Assembly: GCA_049968255.1 (NCBI GenBank) | Contig: JBMFRB010000017.1 | Span: forward strand, 1 to 14,112 | DNA: 14,112 nucleotides | Direction: 5' to 3' | DNA from: Candidatus Sumerlaeaceae bacterium | Lineage (GTDB): Bacteria > Sumerlaeota > Sumerlaeia > Sumerlaeales > Sumerlaeaceae | Shown here: piece by piece, positions 1-6,586 of the stretch | Numbering within the stretch: position 1 is the stretch's first letter | Layout of the letters: every line of letters starts with the position of its first letter | Position numbers and translations under genes: made by a program | The notes under the pieces: generated by a model | Databases searched by the model: none | Seen by the model: only the letters and a program-made list of their open reading frames with translations | What the model was told of the DNA's origin: nothing

Positions 1-623
1 TGGCGGCCATTGCTGTGCCGAACTTCCTGGAGGCACAGGTCAGGTCGAAGGTCTCGCGCTCCAAAGCTGACATGCGCAGTTGCGCGGTCGCAATCGAAGC
101 TTATTCTGTTGACTGGAACACACCACCATCAGACTGCGGCAATGGCGCGGTGACAAATGGATACCGTCCTTATGACTTGTGGGACGATGGCAGCAATAAC
201 TGGTCGGTTCAGCCCACGGCGAATTTCACCATTGGTTTTGAGCTCACGACCCCAGTGGCCTACATCTCTAGTGCTGCCGCGCTGAAAGACGTCTTCAAGC
301 TTGATCGGACGATCACCGGTTCGCAGTCAGGACGCGAATTTTACTGCTTCGCAAGCTGGCGATGGCGCGAGAAATGCACAGGGACTTCTTTTGCTATTCA
401 AACGGATCGGAACGGGTTCTGGCTCCTCATGGGAGCTGGCCCTGATCGCTACGTGAATAACAAGGTCAGTACTGCAGGCGATTTCTCACAAAACATCTAT
501 ATTCCTCGTGGTATCAACTATGATCCCACCAACGGCACTGTCTCCAACGGGGATATCTACTACTCACAGAAATTCGGAGCTTTCGGTTGGGAGCGTCCTG
601 ACCCACGACCGGCTGACCTGTAA
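1..623 (+). CDS. Prepilin-type (GspG/type IV pilin-like) pseudopilin with C-terminal YDPTNG motif, 5' end outside window
   Basis: The frame from nt 3 reads AAIAVPNFLEAQVRSKVSRSKADMRS, the end of a prepilin N-terminal helix and near-identical to the complete paralog downstream. It also has LTTPVAYI, WLLMGAGPD and YDPTNGTVSNGDI. Stop TAA at 621-623. The ORF-track GTG at 15 is an internal Val. Confidence 0.9.
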   Translation, partial: AAIAVPNFLEAQVRSKVSRSKADMRSCAVAIEAYSVDWNTPPSDCGNGAVTNGYRPYDLWDDGSNNWSVQPTANFTIGFELTTPVAYISSAAALKDVFKLDRTITGSQSGREFYCFASWRWREKCTGTSFAIQTDRNGFWLLMGAGPDRYVNNKVSTAGDFSQNIYIPRGINYDPTNGTVSNGDIYYSQKFGAFGWERPDPRPADL

Positions 624-649
624 CCGTTTTCAAATTCGAGGTGGATCAG

Positions 650-683
650 ATGGTGGGCTCTTCGGAGCCCACCATTTTTATTT
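650..683 (+). terminator. Rho-independent terminator
   Basis: Perfect 11-bp stem ATGGTGGGCTC/GAGCCCACCAT closing a C(UUCG)G tetraloop, followed by TTTTATTT, 26 nt after the stop of the first pseudopilin gene. Confidence 0.9.
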
Positions 684-913
684 GTCGGGGAATTAGAGGG
701 CCGTTTGCCACAGAAATCCCATTTTGCGATGAACAAAGCAGATCGTTCAAAAACAACTTGCAAGTTTGGCAAAACACAGAGATGAACGAGTTGATCTTCA
801 AGAGAAAGGAGGGAAACAACGTGTAGCTTGGACTGCTAGATCGCAACTCAGGGGCTCATTGGGAAAGGAAGCAAGACAACCCTTCGTACCCAGACGTGCG
901 GTCCCGCGTCAGT

Positions 914-1546
914 ATGGAAATTCACGCGGGGAAGAAAGGGTTCACACTTATCGAGCTGCTTATTGTGGTCGCAATTATTGCGATTTTGGCCGCGATCGCA
1001 GTTCCTAACTTTTTGGAAGCTCAGGTGAGAGCGAAGGTTTCGAGGGCGAAAGCGGATATTCGGTCGCTGGCGACGGCGCTGGAAAGCTACGCTGTGGACA
1101 ACAACAATTTCCCACCTGACATTACTTTGGTGGGGGGTATGCAAATCGGGGCCGGGTGGAATTGGTATATCAGCCACCGTCTTACTACACCGACAGCCTA
1201 CATCGCGAACAATATGCTGACGGACCCATTTCGCGACAGACGCTCAACGCTTCCCCTGGAATACTGGCGCTATCGCTACGTGTGCTACGGCATGATCCCC
1301 TATTACGAGGCAAATGGAGTCCCGCAAGGACTGGGCACTGAGGTAAATGATTATAAACTTGGCGAAGCGGAGTACGGGCGCTGGCGCATTAGCTCGGCAG
1401 GACCGGAGGCGACGGCGGGTCCTTATCCGCAGAATAACAAGTTCGTGCGCGTCCTGGTGCTCTACGATCCCACAAATGGGACCGTGTCGCAGGGCGACAT
1501 TGTTCGTTCTCAAAAATTGGGCGATGGCATCCAACCGCCTTATTAA
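914..1546 (+). CDS. Prepilin-type N-terminal cleavage/methylation domain protein (GspG-like pseudopilin) with YDPTNG motif
   Basis: MEIHAGKKG|FTLIELLIVVAIIAILAAIAVPNF is a class III signal peptide (G-1/F+1, E+5, hydrophobic helix). Contains LTTPTAYI, DPF, WRISSAGP and YDPTNGTVSQGDI. Start is ATG 914 or GTG 896; neither has a clear SD. Confidence 0.92.
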   Translation: MEIHAGKKGFTLIELLIVVAIIAILAAIAVPNFLEAQVRAKVSRAKADIRSLATALESYAVDNNNFPPDITLVGGMQIGAGWNWYISHRLTTPTAYIANNMLTDPFRDRRSTLPLEYWRYRYVCYGMIPYYEANGVPQGLGTEVNDYKLGEAEYGRWRISSAGPEATAGPYPQNNKFVRVLVLYDPTNGTVSQGDIVRSQKLGDGIQPPY

Positions 1547-1567
1547 TCTCTAGCGCGACTTTGAATC

Positions 1568-1601
1568 GTCCCGGCAGTTCCTCGGAGCTGCCGGGACTTT
1601 T
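1568..1601 (+). terminator. Rho-independent terminator
   Basis: 13-bp stem GTCCCGGCAGTTC/GAGCTGCCGGGAC (one G-U), loop CTCG, then TTTT, 21 nt after the stop of the second pseudopilin gene. Confidence 0.85.
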
Positions 1602-1796
1602 GACGGAAGGCGGCGCCCTCCTATCGCGGCTCAGCCTTGAAGAGCTTGTTCGCTTCTTTCCGCAAGGTCCCGGACCGCGACATTGCTCCCTGCACAGGTC
1701 TCTTCCTGTTTTTCCCTATGTCAATGAAATCAATGGCGCAAGATCGGAGACCATTGGCCAAGTCGGCCATGAGGAAGTTACGCCTTTGTAACAGAA

Positions 1797-1825
1797 TAGG
1801 CAGTCGTAATTGGTTGTCCTAGAAT
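1797..1825 (+). promoter_or_regulatory. Candidate sigma70-type promoter for the 1869 gene
   Basis: TAGGCA-17 nt-TAGAAT, ending 28 nt upstream of a strong SD (AAGGAGG 1854-1860). Confidence 0.4.
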
Positions 1826-1868
1826 TAGGGCACACAGCATGTGCATTTTCACCAAGGAGGTAATCACT

Positions 1869-2348
1869 ATGCTGGGAAGCTTCTTGAGGAACTGTTGCAA
1901 CGAAGCCGCGTTTAGAAATGCCCCCTTTTGCCCCGTTTGCCGAAAACAAATGCATGAACATCACAAGGAGTTGAAGCGCGCTGCCGAGGAAGAATCAGCT
2001 TTCTTCAGCTTGGCAAAAGCGCGTGAGCGGTCGCTCCATGCCCAGACTCGACACCTACCTCTGGGGAAGACGGGTGTCCTCCATCGAGGGGGAATTGTGC
2101 GCTATCCAGCCCGCCTTGCTGTTTTTAAGCTTTATGGGATCTATTTGCCCGAGCGAGAGGCACAAGCAGTTTTGCGGGAGATTCACAATTACAAATGGTT
2201 CGTAGCGGAAAAAGCAGGGAAAGATGTGTGGCAAGAACGCGCACCTGAAAACCCTTTTTCCGCAGCAGCCCAGGAGTGGGGGCGCAGATATCTAGAAGCA
2301 TTTCTCGATTGGCTGAAGAATCCTCTTTTTTGCCGGCAAGGTGCTTAA
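1869..2348 (+). CDS. Hypothetical protein with N-terminal zinc-ribbon-like Cys motif and C-terminal DUF4032-like region
   Basis: SD AAGGAGG lies 8 nt before ATG 1869, giving 159 aa. N-terminal NCC-x10-CPVC. The segment EIHNYKWFVAEKAGKDV...AAAQEW resembles the E(I/V)xxH(K/R)W(Y/F)xSExxGxDV pattern I recall for DUF4032. Confidence 0.7.
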   Translation: MLGSFLRNCCNEAAFRNAPFCPVCRKQMHEHHKELKRAAEEESAFFSLAKARERSLHAQTRHLPLGKTGVLHRGGIVRYPARLAVFKLYGIYLPEREAQAVLREIHNYKWFVAEKAGKDVWQERAPENPFSAAAQEWGRRYLEAFLDWLKNPLFCRQGA

Positions 2349-2516
2349 GGGTCTTCTTCATGACATCGCTTTGGTGGCGCTCGCCGCCGCTGGCAACCGG
2401 GTCTCACACTTCATCAGATCATTACCAGGACCAGGCAAGTGATGTGTCCCAGACGAGGTTCGAATGTTCCTGTGTTAGCGTCTGACGAGGCGCCGCCCTC
2501 ACTCAAATTGTGGGGA

Positions 2517-3689
2517 CTAAACAAGGCTGTCGAGATAGCTGGAGCCAGGGCCATCCCAGGAAATCCCAAAGTAGCTTGCCACGGTGGCTGCGGTATCAGC
2601 AAAGGTTTCCCGCGTGCCGAGATTTACCCCATGCGCCATCCGGGGCGAATAGGCAAGAAGGGGAACGTACTCGCGCGAATGATCCGTGCTCGGTGTGGTG
2701 GGATCGCAGCCGTGGTCTGCGGTGATAACGAGAATGTCCTCTGAGCGCAGGCATTCCATGATTTTCGGGAGATAACTATCAAATTCTTCGAGGCTTTGCC
2801 GATACCCGACTGTGTCGTTGCGGTGACCGTAAATCATGTCGGTGTCGACAAGGTTCGTGAAGATGAGCCCGTCGGACGCTTCATGCAGTTCCTGAATGGT
2901 CGCTATGATTCCTTTTTCGTTGGGGCCAGTGTGGACTTCTTTTGTGAGGCCGCGATGCGCAAAGATATCACCGATTTTGCCAATGCCAATGGTGGCAAAA
3001 CCAGCGTCCGCCAGGCGGTCCAGAATGGTTGGACGAGGTGGCGGGACGGAAAAATCCTTGCGGTTGCGGGTGCGCGTGTAGTTGCCCGAAGTGCCGACGA
3101 AAGGACGGGCAATGACACGCCCCACGCGGTGGGGTCCGTCAAGGATTTCGCGCGCGATCTCGCACATTCGATAGAGTTCTTCGAGCGGGATGACTTCCTC
3201 GTGGGCTGCGATCTGAAAAACGCTGTCAGCACTTGTGTAGACGATGGGCCGACCTGTACGAACGTGCTCGTCGCCGAGTTTCTGGATGATCTCGGTCCCG
3301 CTGGCCGGGATGTTGCCAAGAATTTTGCGGCCAGTCCTCCGCTCAAACTCTTCGATAATCTCTGGGGGAAAACCGTGAGGATAGGTGGGGAACGGCTGTT
3401 CGGAGATGACGCCCGCTATTTCCCAGTGGCCAAGGGTGGTATCTTTCGCCATGCTTTTCTCTGCACACTTGCCCCAAGCCCCGATGGCGTCGGGCCGCGG
3501 TGGCACTCCACGCAGATCGGCGATATTGCCGAGACCGAGCTTGGCCATGTTTGGCAACCGTAATCCATCGGGGAAGGCACGAGAAAGATTGCCCAGAGTA
3601 TCGCTCCCTTCGTCACCGAAGAGATGTGCATCTGGCAATGCTCCGATCCCAACGCTGTCGAGCACGATAATGACGAATCTGCGGGGCAT
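2517..3689 (-). CDS. deoB: Phosphopentomutase
   Basis: Motifs [74 protein letters not shown] and TADHGCDPT...DHSREYVP. 390 aa with SD AAGGAGAG upstream. Confidence 0.97.
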   Translation of the reverse strand: MPRRFVIIVLDSVGIGALPDAHLFGDEGSDTLGNLSRAFPDGLRLPNMAKLGLGNIADLRGVPPRPDAIGAWGKCAEKSMAKDTTLGHWEIAGVISEQPFPTYPHGFPPEIIEEFERRTGRKILGNIPASGTEIIQKLGDEHVRTGRPIVYTSADSVFQIAAHEEVIPLEELYRMCEIAREILDGPHRVGRVIARPFVGTSGNYTRTRNRKDFSVPPPRPTILDRLADAGFATIGIGKIGDIFAHRGLTKEVHTGPNEKGIIATIQELHEASDGLIFTNLVDTDMIYGHRNDTVGYRQSLEEFDSYLPKIMECLRSEDILVITADHGCDPTTPSTDHSREYVPLLAYSPRMAHGVNLGTRETFADTAATVASYFGISWDGPGSSYLDSLV

Positions 3690-3872
3690 GGGCGCTCTCC
3701 TTTTGTCGTGAGGTAATTCAGTAAAACCGAACAGTTACCACGTCGGCGAGACTTTTTTCTCTGCGTGATACAACGCGCTTCTGCATGAAGTCCCTTGCTG
3801 AGAAACCGAATGACATGCGCTTCTATGAGGAAAAACTCGGCCGAATGGTATGAAAAGAGCGGCGCGCGACGT

Positions 3873-3947
3873 GGCCCTGTAGCTCAGTATGGATAGAGCA
3901 GCGGTTTCCTAAACCGTTGGTCGCAGGTTCGAGTCCTGCCAGGGCTA
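3873..3947 (+). tRNA. tRNA-Arg (anticodon CCT)
   Basis: Cloverleaf: acceptor GGCCCTG/CAGGGCT, D-arm GCTC/GAGC with the Arg identity base A20, anticodon arm GCGGT-TTCCTAA-ACCGT (CCT at 3908-3910), T-arm GCAGG-TTCGAGT-CCTGC, discriminator A. CCA is not encoded. Confidence 0.96.
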
Positions 3948-5162
3948 CTCTTGTGACTTTTTAGGGAGCTCCAGGTTCATCTCGGAGCTTTGTGTGGTCT
4001 CACGTGCGCGTCGGTTAGCCAGCGGAATCCACCACAATTCTCGAAGAATGACACGCAAGACGATGGCGGTCGGCACGGCAAGAATGAGTCCGCCAAGGCC
4101 AAACTGCGCCCCTACCACGAGGGCTGCAATGACGACGAGAGGGTGAAGGCCAGCGCTTTTCCCCACAATGCGTGGCTGGAGAATGAACCCATCGAGAGTC
4201 TGGATCATCACGCTGATGAGCAACACGGCGAGGACCCCAATGATTTTCGCTCCCGCGGTTTGGTAAACCCCGCCAAAAACAACCCAGAGAATGGTAGGGA
4301 CCGCTCCGATCACTGGGCCGACGTAGGGAATGAGGTTTCCGAAGCCTGCGGCAAAGCCGATGAGTAAGGAGTACTGCTTCATTCCCAGAGCAATGAGGGC
4401 GAGAGAGTAGAGTGAGCCAATGATGACGCACACGATGAGCTGCCCACGCAAAAATCCGCCGAGCGCGGAGTCCACTTTCTCCCAGATCGATAAGAAGCGC
4501 GGCCGAAAGGCGGACGGGATCAGGATGCCGAGGAACCGCCCAATTCGGGCGAAATCTACGAGACAATAAAATGTTATCATAAGAACAAGGACAAGAAACG
4601 CGGCGACGCCAGCTGAATAAACAGCAACTGCTGCCACGAAGCGGCTGAAAGAGGTGACGGCGTGAGCAAGCTGAGAAGCGACGCCACGCATCGCCGGTGT
4701 GAGCTGATTAGCGAGATTGTCCATTGAAATTTTGCCCTCAATTGCCGCCCGGAGGCGTTCAATGTCCTCGGGCGAGACACTCACCTGAAATTTCTCTGAG
4801 AGCGCCGCGACAACGAGCGGGATGCGGTCGGCGAGGTTGGTGAGACCCATTCGAAACTGCGCAACTAAGATCGGCACAAAGAGCATGAGCGCGCCGACGG
4901 TAAGCCCCAGAATTAAAGCAAACGTGAGGACAACGCCTACCGTGCGGCTGACATGAAATCGGCGTTGGACGAGGCCGACAATGGGATTGAAGATGTAGGC
5001 GATGATGAGCGCGACAAAAAAGGGCGAAGCGATATTGAGGGCCCAGACAAGAAGGGGGCGAAAGAAGACCAATAGACCCAACACGAGCACCGCGTTGAGC
5101 AGCCAAAGCAAAAGGCGCAGAGGCCGATCGAAGCGAGGAGATTGCGCAGTGGGGCTAGTCAT
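3945..5162 (-). CDS. AI-2E family (PerM/UPF0118) transporter
   Basis: Multiple hydrophobic helices with family motifs PFFVALIIAYIFNPIV, LGGFLRGQLIV, NLIPYVGPVIG, QTLDGFILQPRIVGKSAGLHPL and GLILAVP. Start moved to ATG 5162 (MTSPTAQ, SD GAGGT upstream), giving 405 aa. Confidence 0.92.
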   Translation of the reverse strand: MTSPTAQSPRFDRPLRLLLWLLNAVLVLGLLVFFRPLLVWALNIASPFFVALIIAYIFNPIVGLVQRRFHVSRTVGVVLTFALILGLTVGALMLFVPILVAQFRMGLTNLADRIPLVVAALSEKFQVSVSPEDIERLRAAIEGKISMDNLANQLTPAMRGVASQLAHAVTSFSRFVAAVAVYSAGVAAFLVLVLMITFYCLVDFARIGRFLGILIPSAFRPRFLSIWEKVDSALGGFLRGQLIVCVIIGSLYSLALIALGMKQYSLLIGFAAGFGNLIPYVGPVIGAVPTILWVVFGGVYQTAGAKIIGVLAVLLISVMIQTLDGFILQPRIVGKSAGLHPLVVIAALVVGAQFGLGGLILAVPTAIVLRVILRELWWIPLANRRARETTQSSEMNLELPKKSQE

Positions 5163-5300
5163 CGGCAAGTTACCTCTTAGGAGCTTTGTCGAGTTGAGAC
5201 TGATGGCTAGCTCTGCAGGGGCGGCCCGCAGGGCGCAAGGGAATTGCTCGTGCCGAGAGCCGCGAGAGAGATTTTCGCTGCGGAGTTGTTTTTTGCACTC

Positions 5301-5329
5301 TTGACAGCACATGGAAGGATACCTAGCGT
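5301..5329 (+). promoter_or_regulatory. Candidate sigma70 promoter of the BMC module
   Basis: Perfect -35 TTGACA (5301-5306), 17-nt spacer, -10 TAGCGT (5324-5329), about 40 nt upstream of the BMC-H start. Confidence 0.6.
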
Positions 5330-5370
5330 GCACGATACGATTCGAAGCTGAGGACAGGAGAACCAAAGCA

Positions 5371-5658
5371 ATGGCTGATGAGATTTACGGCAATGCGCTG
5401 GGATTGATCGAGACGCGTGGTTTAGTAGGCTCGATCGAGGCAGCCGATGCCATGGTGAAGGCTGCGAATGTGCGGCTGATCGGCAAGGAGCACGTCGGCG
5501 GCGGACTGGTAACGGTCATGGTCCGTGGCGACGTAGGAGCTGTGAAAGCGGCGACGGATGCCGGCGCGGCTGCAGCGCGGCGCGTGGGAGAACTGATCAG
5601 TGTGCATGTGATCCCGCGGCCGCATCCGGACCTGGAGAAAATCCTGCCGAAGGGCTGA
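5371..5658 (+). CDS. Bacterial microcompartment hexameric shell protein (BMC-H, EutM/PduA/PduJ-like)
   Basis: [26 protein letters not shown]...[28 protein letters not shown]...HVIPRPH is the canonical PF00936 sequence. SD AGGAG at 5356-5360 supports ATG 5371 (95 aa). Confidence 0.96.
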   Translation: MADEIYGNALGLIETRGLVGSIEAADAMVKAANVRLIGKEHVGGGLVTVMVRGDVGAVKAATDAGAAAARRVGELISVHVIPRPHPDLEKILPKG

Positions 5659-5687
5659 TGGGCTCATTTGCGGTGGAATGGTGGCAT

Positions 5688-5719
5688 GCGGCCTGCGCGC
5701 CTTGAGCGCGGCAGGCCGC
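5688..5719 (+). other. GC-rich intergenic stem-loop without U-tract
   Basis: GCGGCCTGC (5688-5696) pairs with GCAGGCCGC (5711-5719), extended inward by GCGC/GCGC around loop CTTGA. Confidence 0.7.
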
Positions 5720-5762
5720 TACTATCATGTGAAAGATTCCAAGTCAACGAGCGGACGGCAAA

Positions 5763-6560
5763 GTGGCGGATTTACGCGAAATTATAAGGGCGGAAGTCGA
5801 GCGGGTGTTGGCCGAATTCCTCGCGAAAGGGGGCGGCTCGAAAAGGAGCAGGAGAGAGAGCCGTTTACTTGTTGTTCTTTTCAGCGGAACGCGCTGGCCA
5901 GCTGACGCGGTCTTCGGACAGCTGGAGGCGCTGGTCGAGCGGGGCTATCGACTCGTCTGTGTGCTGAGCGAGAGTTTTCGTTCATGTCAGGAGCAACGAT
6001 TTGCGGCCTTGCGGTTGCCTCGGGGAATCGACGTGCTTGCGCAGCAGGCAGACGCGCAAATTCTGGACTTGGCAAAACAAGGCGACGCCGTTGTGGCCGC
6101 TTGCTTCTCGGCGAATTCAGCAGCCAAACTTTCTGCAGGAATTTTTGATTCTGTGCCGACGGTGTTGGTTCGTGCATTCCTCGAGCTGGCCAAGCCCGTC
6201 ATCGTGGCCGAGGACTCAGCCGTGCTACGCGAATCGGCTGCTCCGCCGAGTGCACCGCCGAAGCTGCGTCGCTTGGCCGAGGATGCCTATCACGGACTTG
6301 CCGAGATGGGTGTGCGGTTTGTGGCCCCAACTGATTTGGAGCGCGCCGTAGATCAAGCGTTCTTTGTCCCGGTGAACGAGACACCCGAGCGCCTGGCCAA
6401 AACGCGTCCGACCAAGCAACGCATGTTTGTTACAAGTGAGGATGTGTGGAAAGCGCTATCCCAGGGCCACAAGCAACTCATTGTGACAGAGGACGCTGTG
6501 GTCACTGACGAGGCGCGTGATCACGCGCGGCGCGTGGGACTGGAGATCCTGCGCCAATAA
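5763..6560 (+). CDS. BMC-associated flavoprotein-fold (PF02441/HFCD-like) protein with putative N-terminal encapsulation peptide
   Basis: CFSANSAAKLSAGIFDS matches the flavoprotein-family xxANxxAKxAxGIxD signature, followed by KPVIVA. The N-terminus DLREIIRAEVERVLAEFL is an amphipathic helix. The C-terminal FVTSEDV...AVVTDEARDHARRVGLEI resembles the small domain at the EutQ N-terminus. GTG start, directly downstream of BMC-H. Confidence 0.78.
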   Translation: MADLREIIRAEVERVLAEFLAKGGGSKRSRRESRLLVVLFSGTRWPADAVFGQLEALVERGYRLVCVLSESFRSCQEQRFAALRLPRGIDVLAQQADAQILDLAKQGDAVVAACFSANSAAKLSAGIFDSVPTVLVRAFLELAKPVIVAEDSAVLRESAAPPSAPPKLRRLAEDAYHGLAEMGVRFVAPTDLERAVDQAFFVPVNETPERLAKTRPTKQRMFVTSEDVWKALSQGHKQLIVTEDAVVTDEARDHARRVGLEILRQ

Positions 6561-6562
6561 GG

Positions 6563-6586
6563 TCATCAGCTCGTTGGTGATTTTTT
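6563..6586 (+). terminator. Candidate weak intrinsic terminator ending the BMC module
   Basis: TCATCAG-CTCG-TTGGTGA (7 bp with two G-U pairs) followed by TTTTTT, immediately after the flavoprotein stop. Confidence 0.5.

Noticed and set aside
684-913. c-di-GMP-I riboswitch or sigma54 promoter upstream of the pilin-like gene (GGCAAAAC seen)
   Set aside because: The GNRA/receptor stems of the riboswitch are missing, and the TGGCA is not followed by GC at the -12 spacing.
1-1546. Diversity-generating retroelement or recent duplication behind the pseudopilin variation
   Set aside because: The shared blocks differ at many synonymous positions of all base types rather than only adenines. There is no near-identical TR/VR pair, and no reverse transcriptase or recombinase in the window.
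2450-2484. tRNA T-loop-like GGTTCGAAT inside a CAGACG/CGTCTG inverted repeat
   Set aside because: There is no proper T-stem, acceptor or anticodon arm, and it does not match the tRNA-Arg 3' end, so it is neither a tRNA nor an att remnant.
2796-3563. 255-aa plus-strand ORF, and similar long antisense ORFs at 8977-9633 and 11073-11807
   Set aside because: These are shadow frames opposite deoB, murD and the kinase, with no recognisable motifs. They are expected in GC-rich coding DNA.
3873-3947. tRNA-Arg as integration site of a genomic island
   Set aside because: No integrase, no duplicated tRNA 3' end, and the flanks are housekeeping genes.
5163-5370. ORF-track N-terminal extensions of the AI-2E transporter (to 5366) and BMC-H (from 5311)
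   Set aside because: The extensions overlap each other and the predicted promoter. SD-supported starts at 5162 and 5371 match family N-termini.
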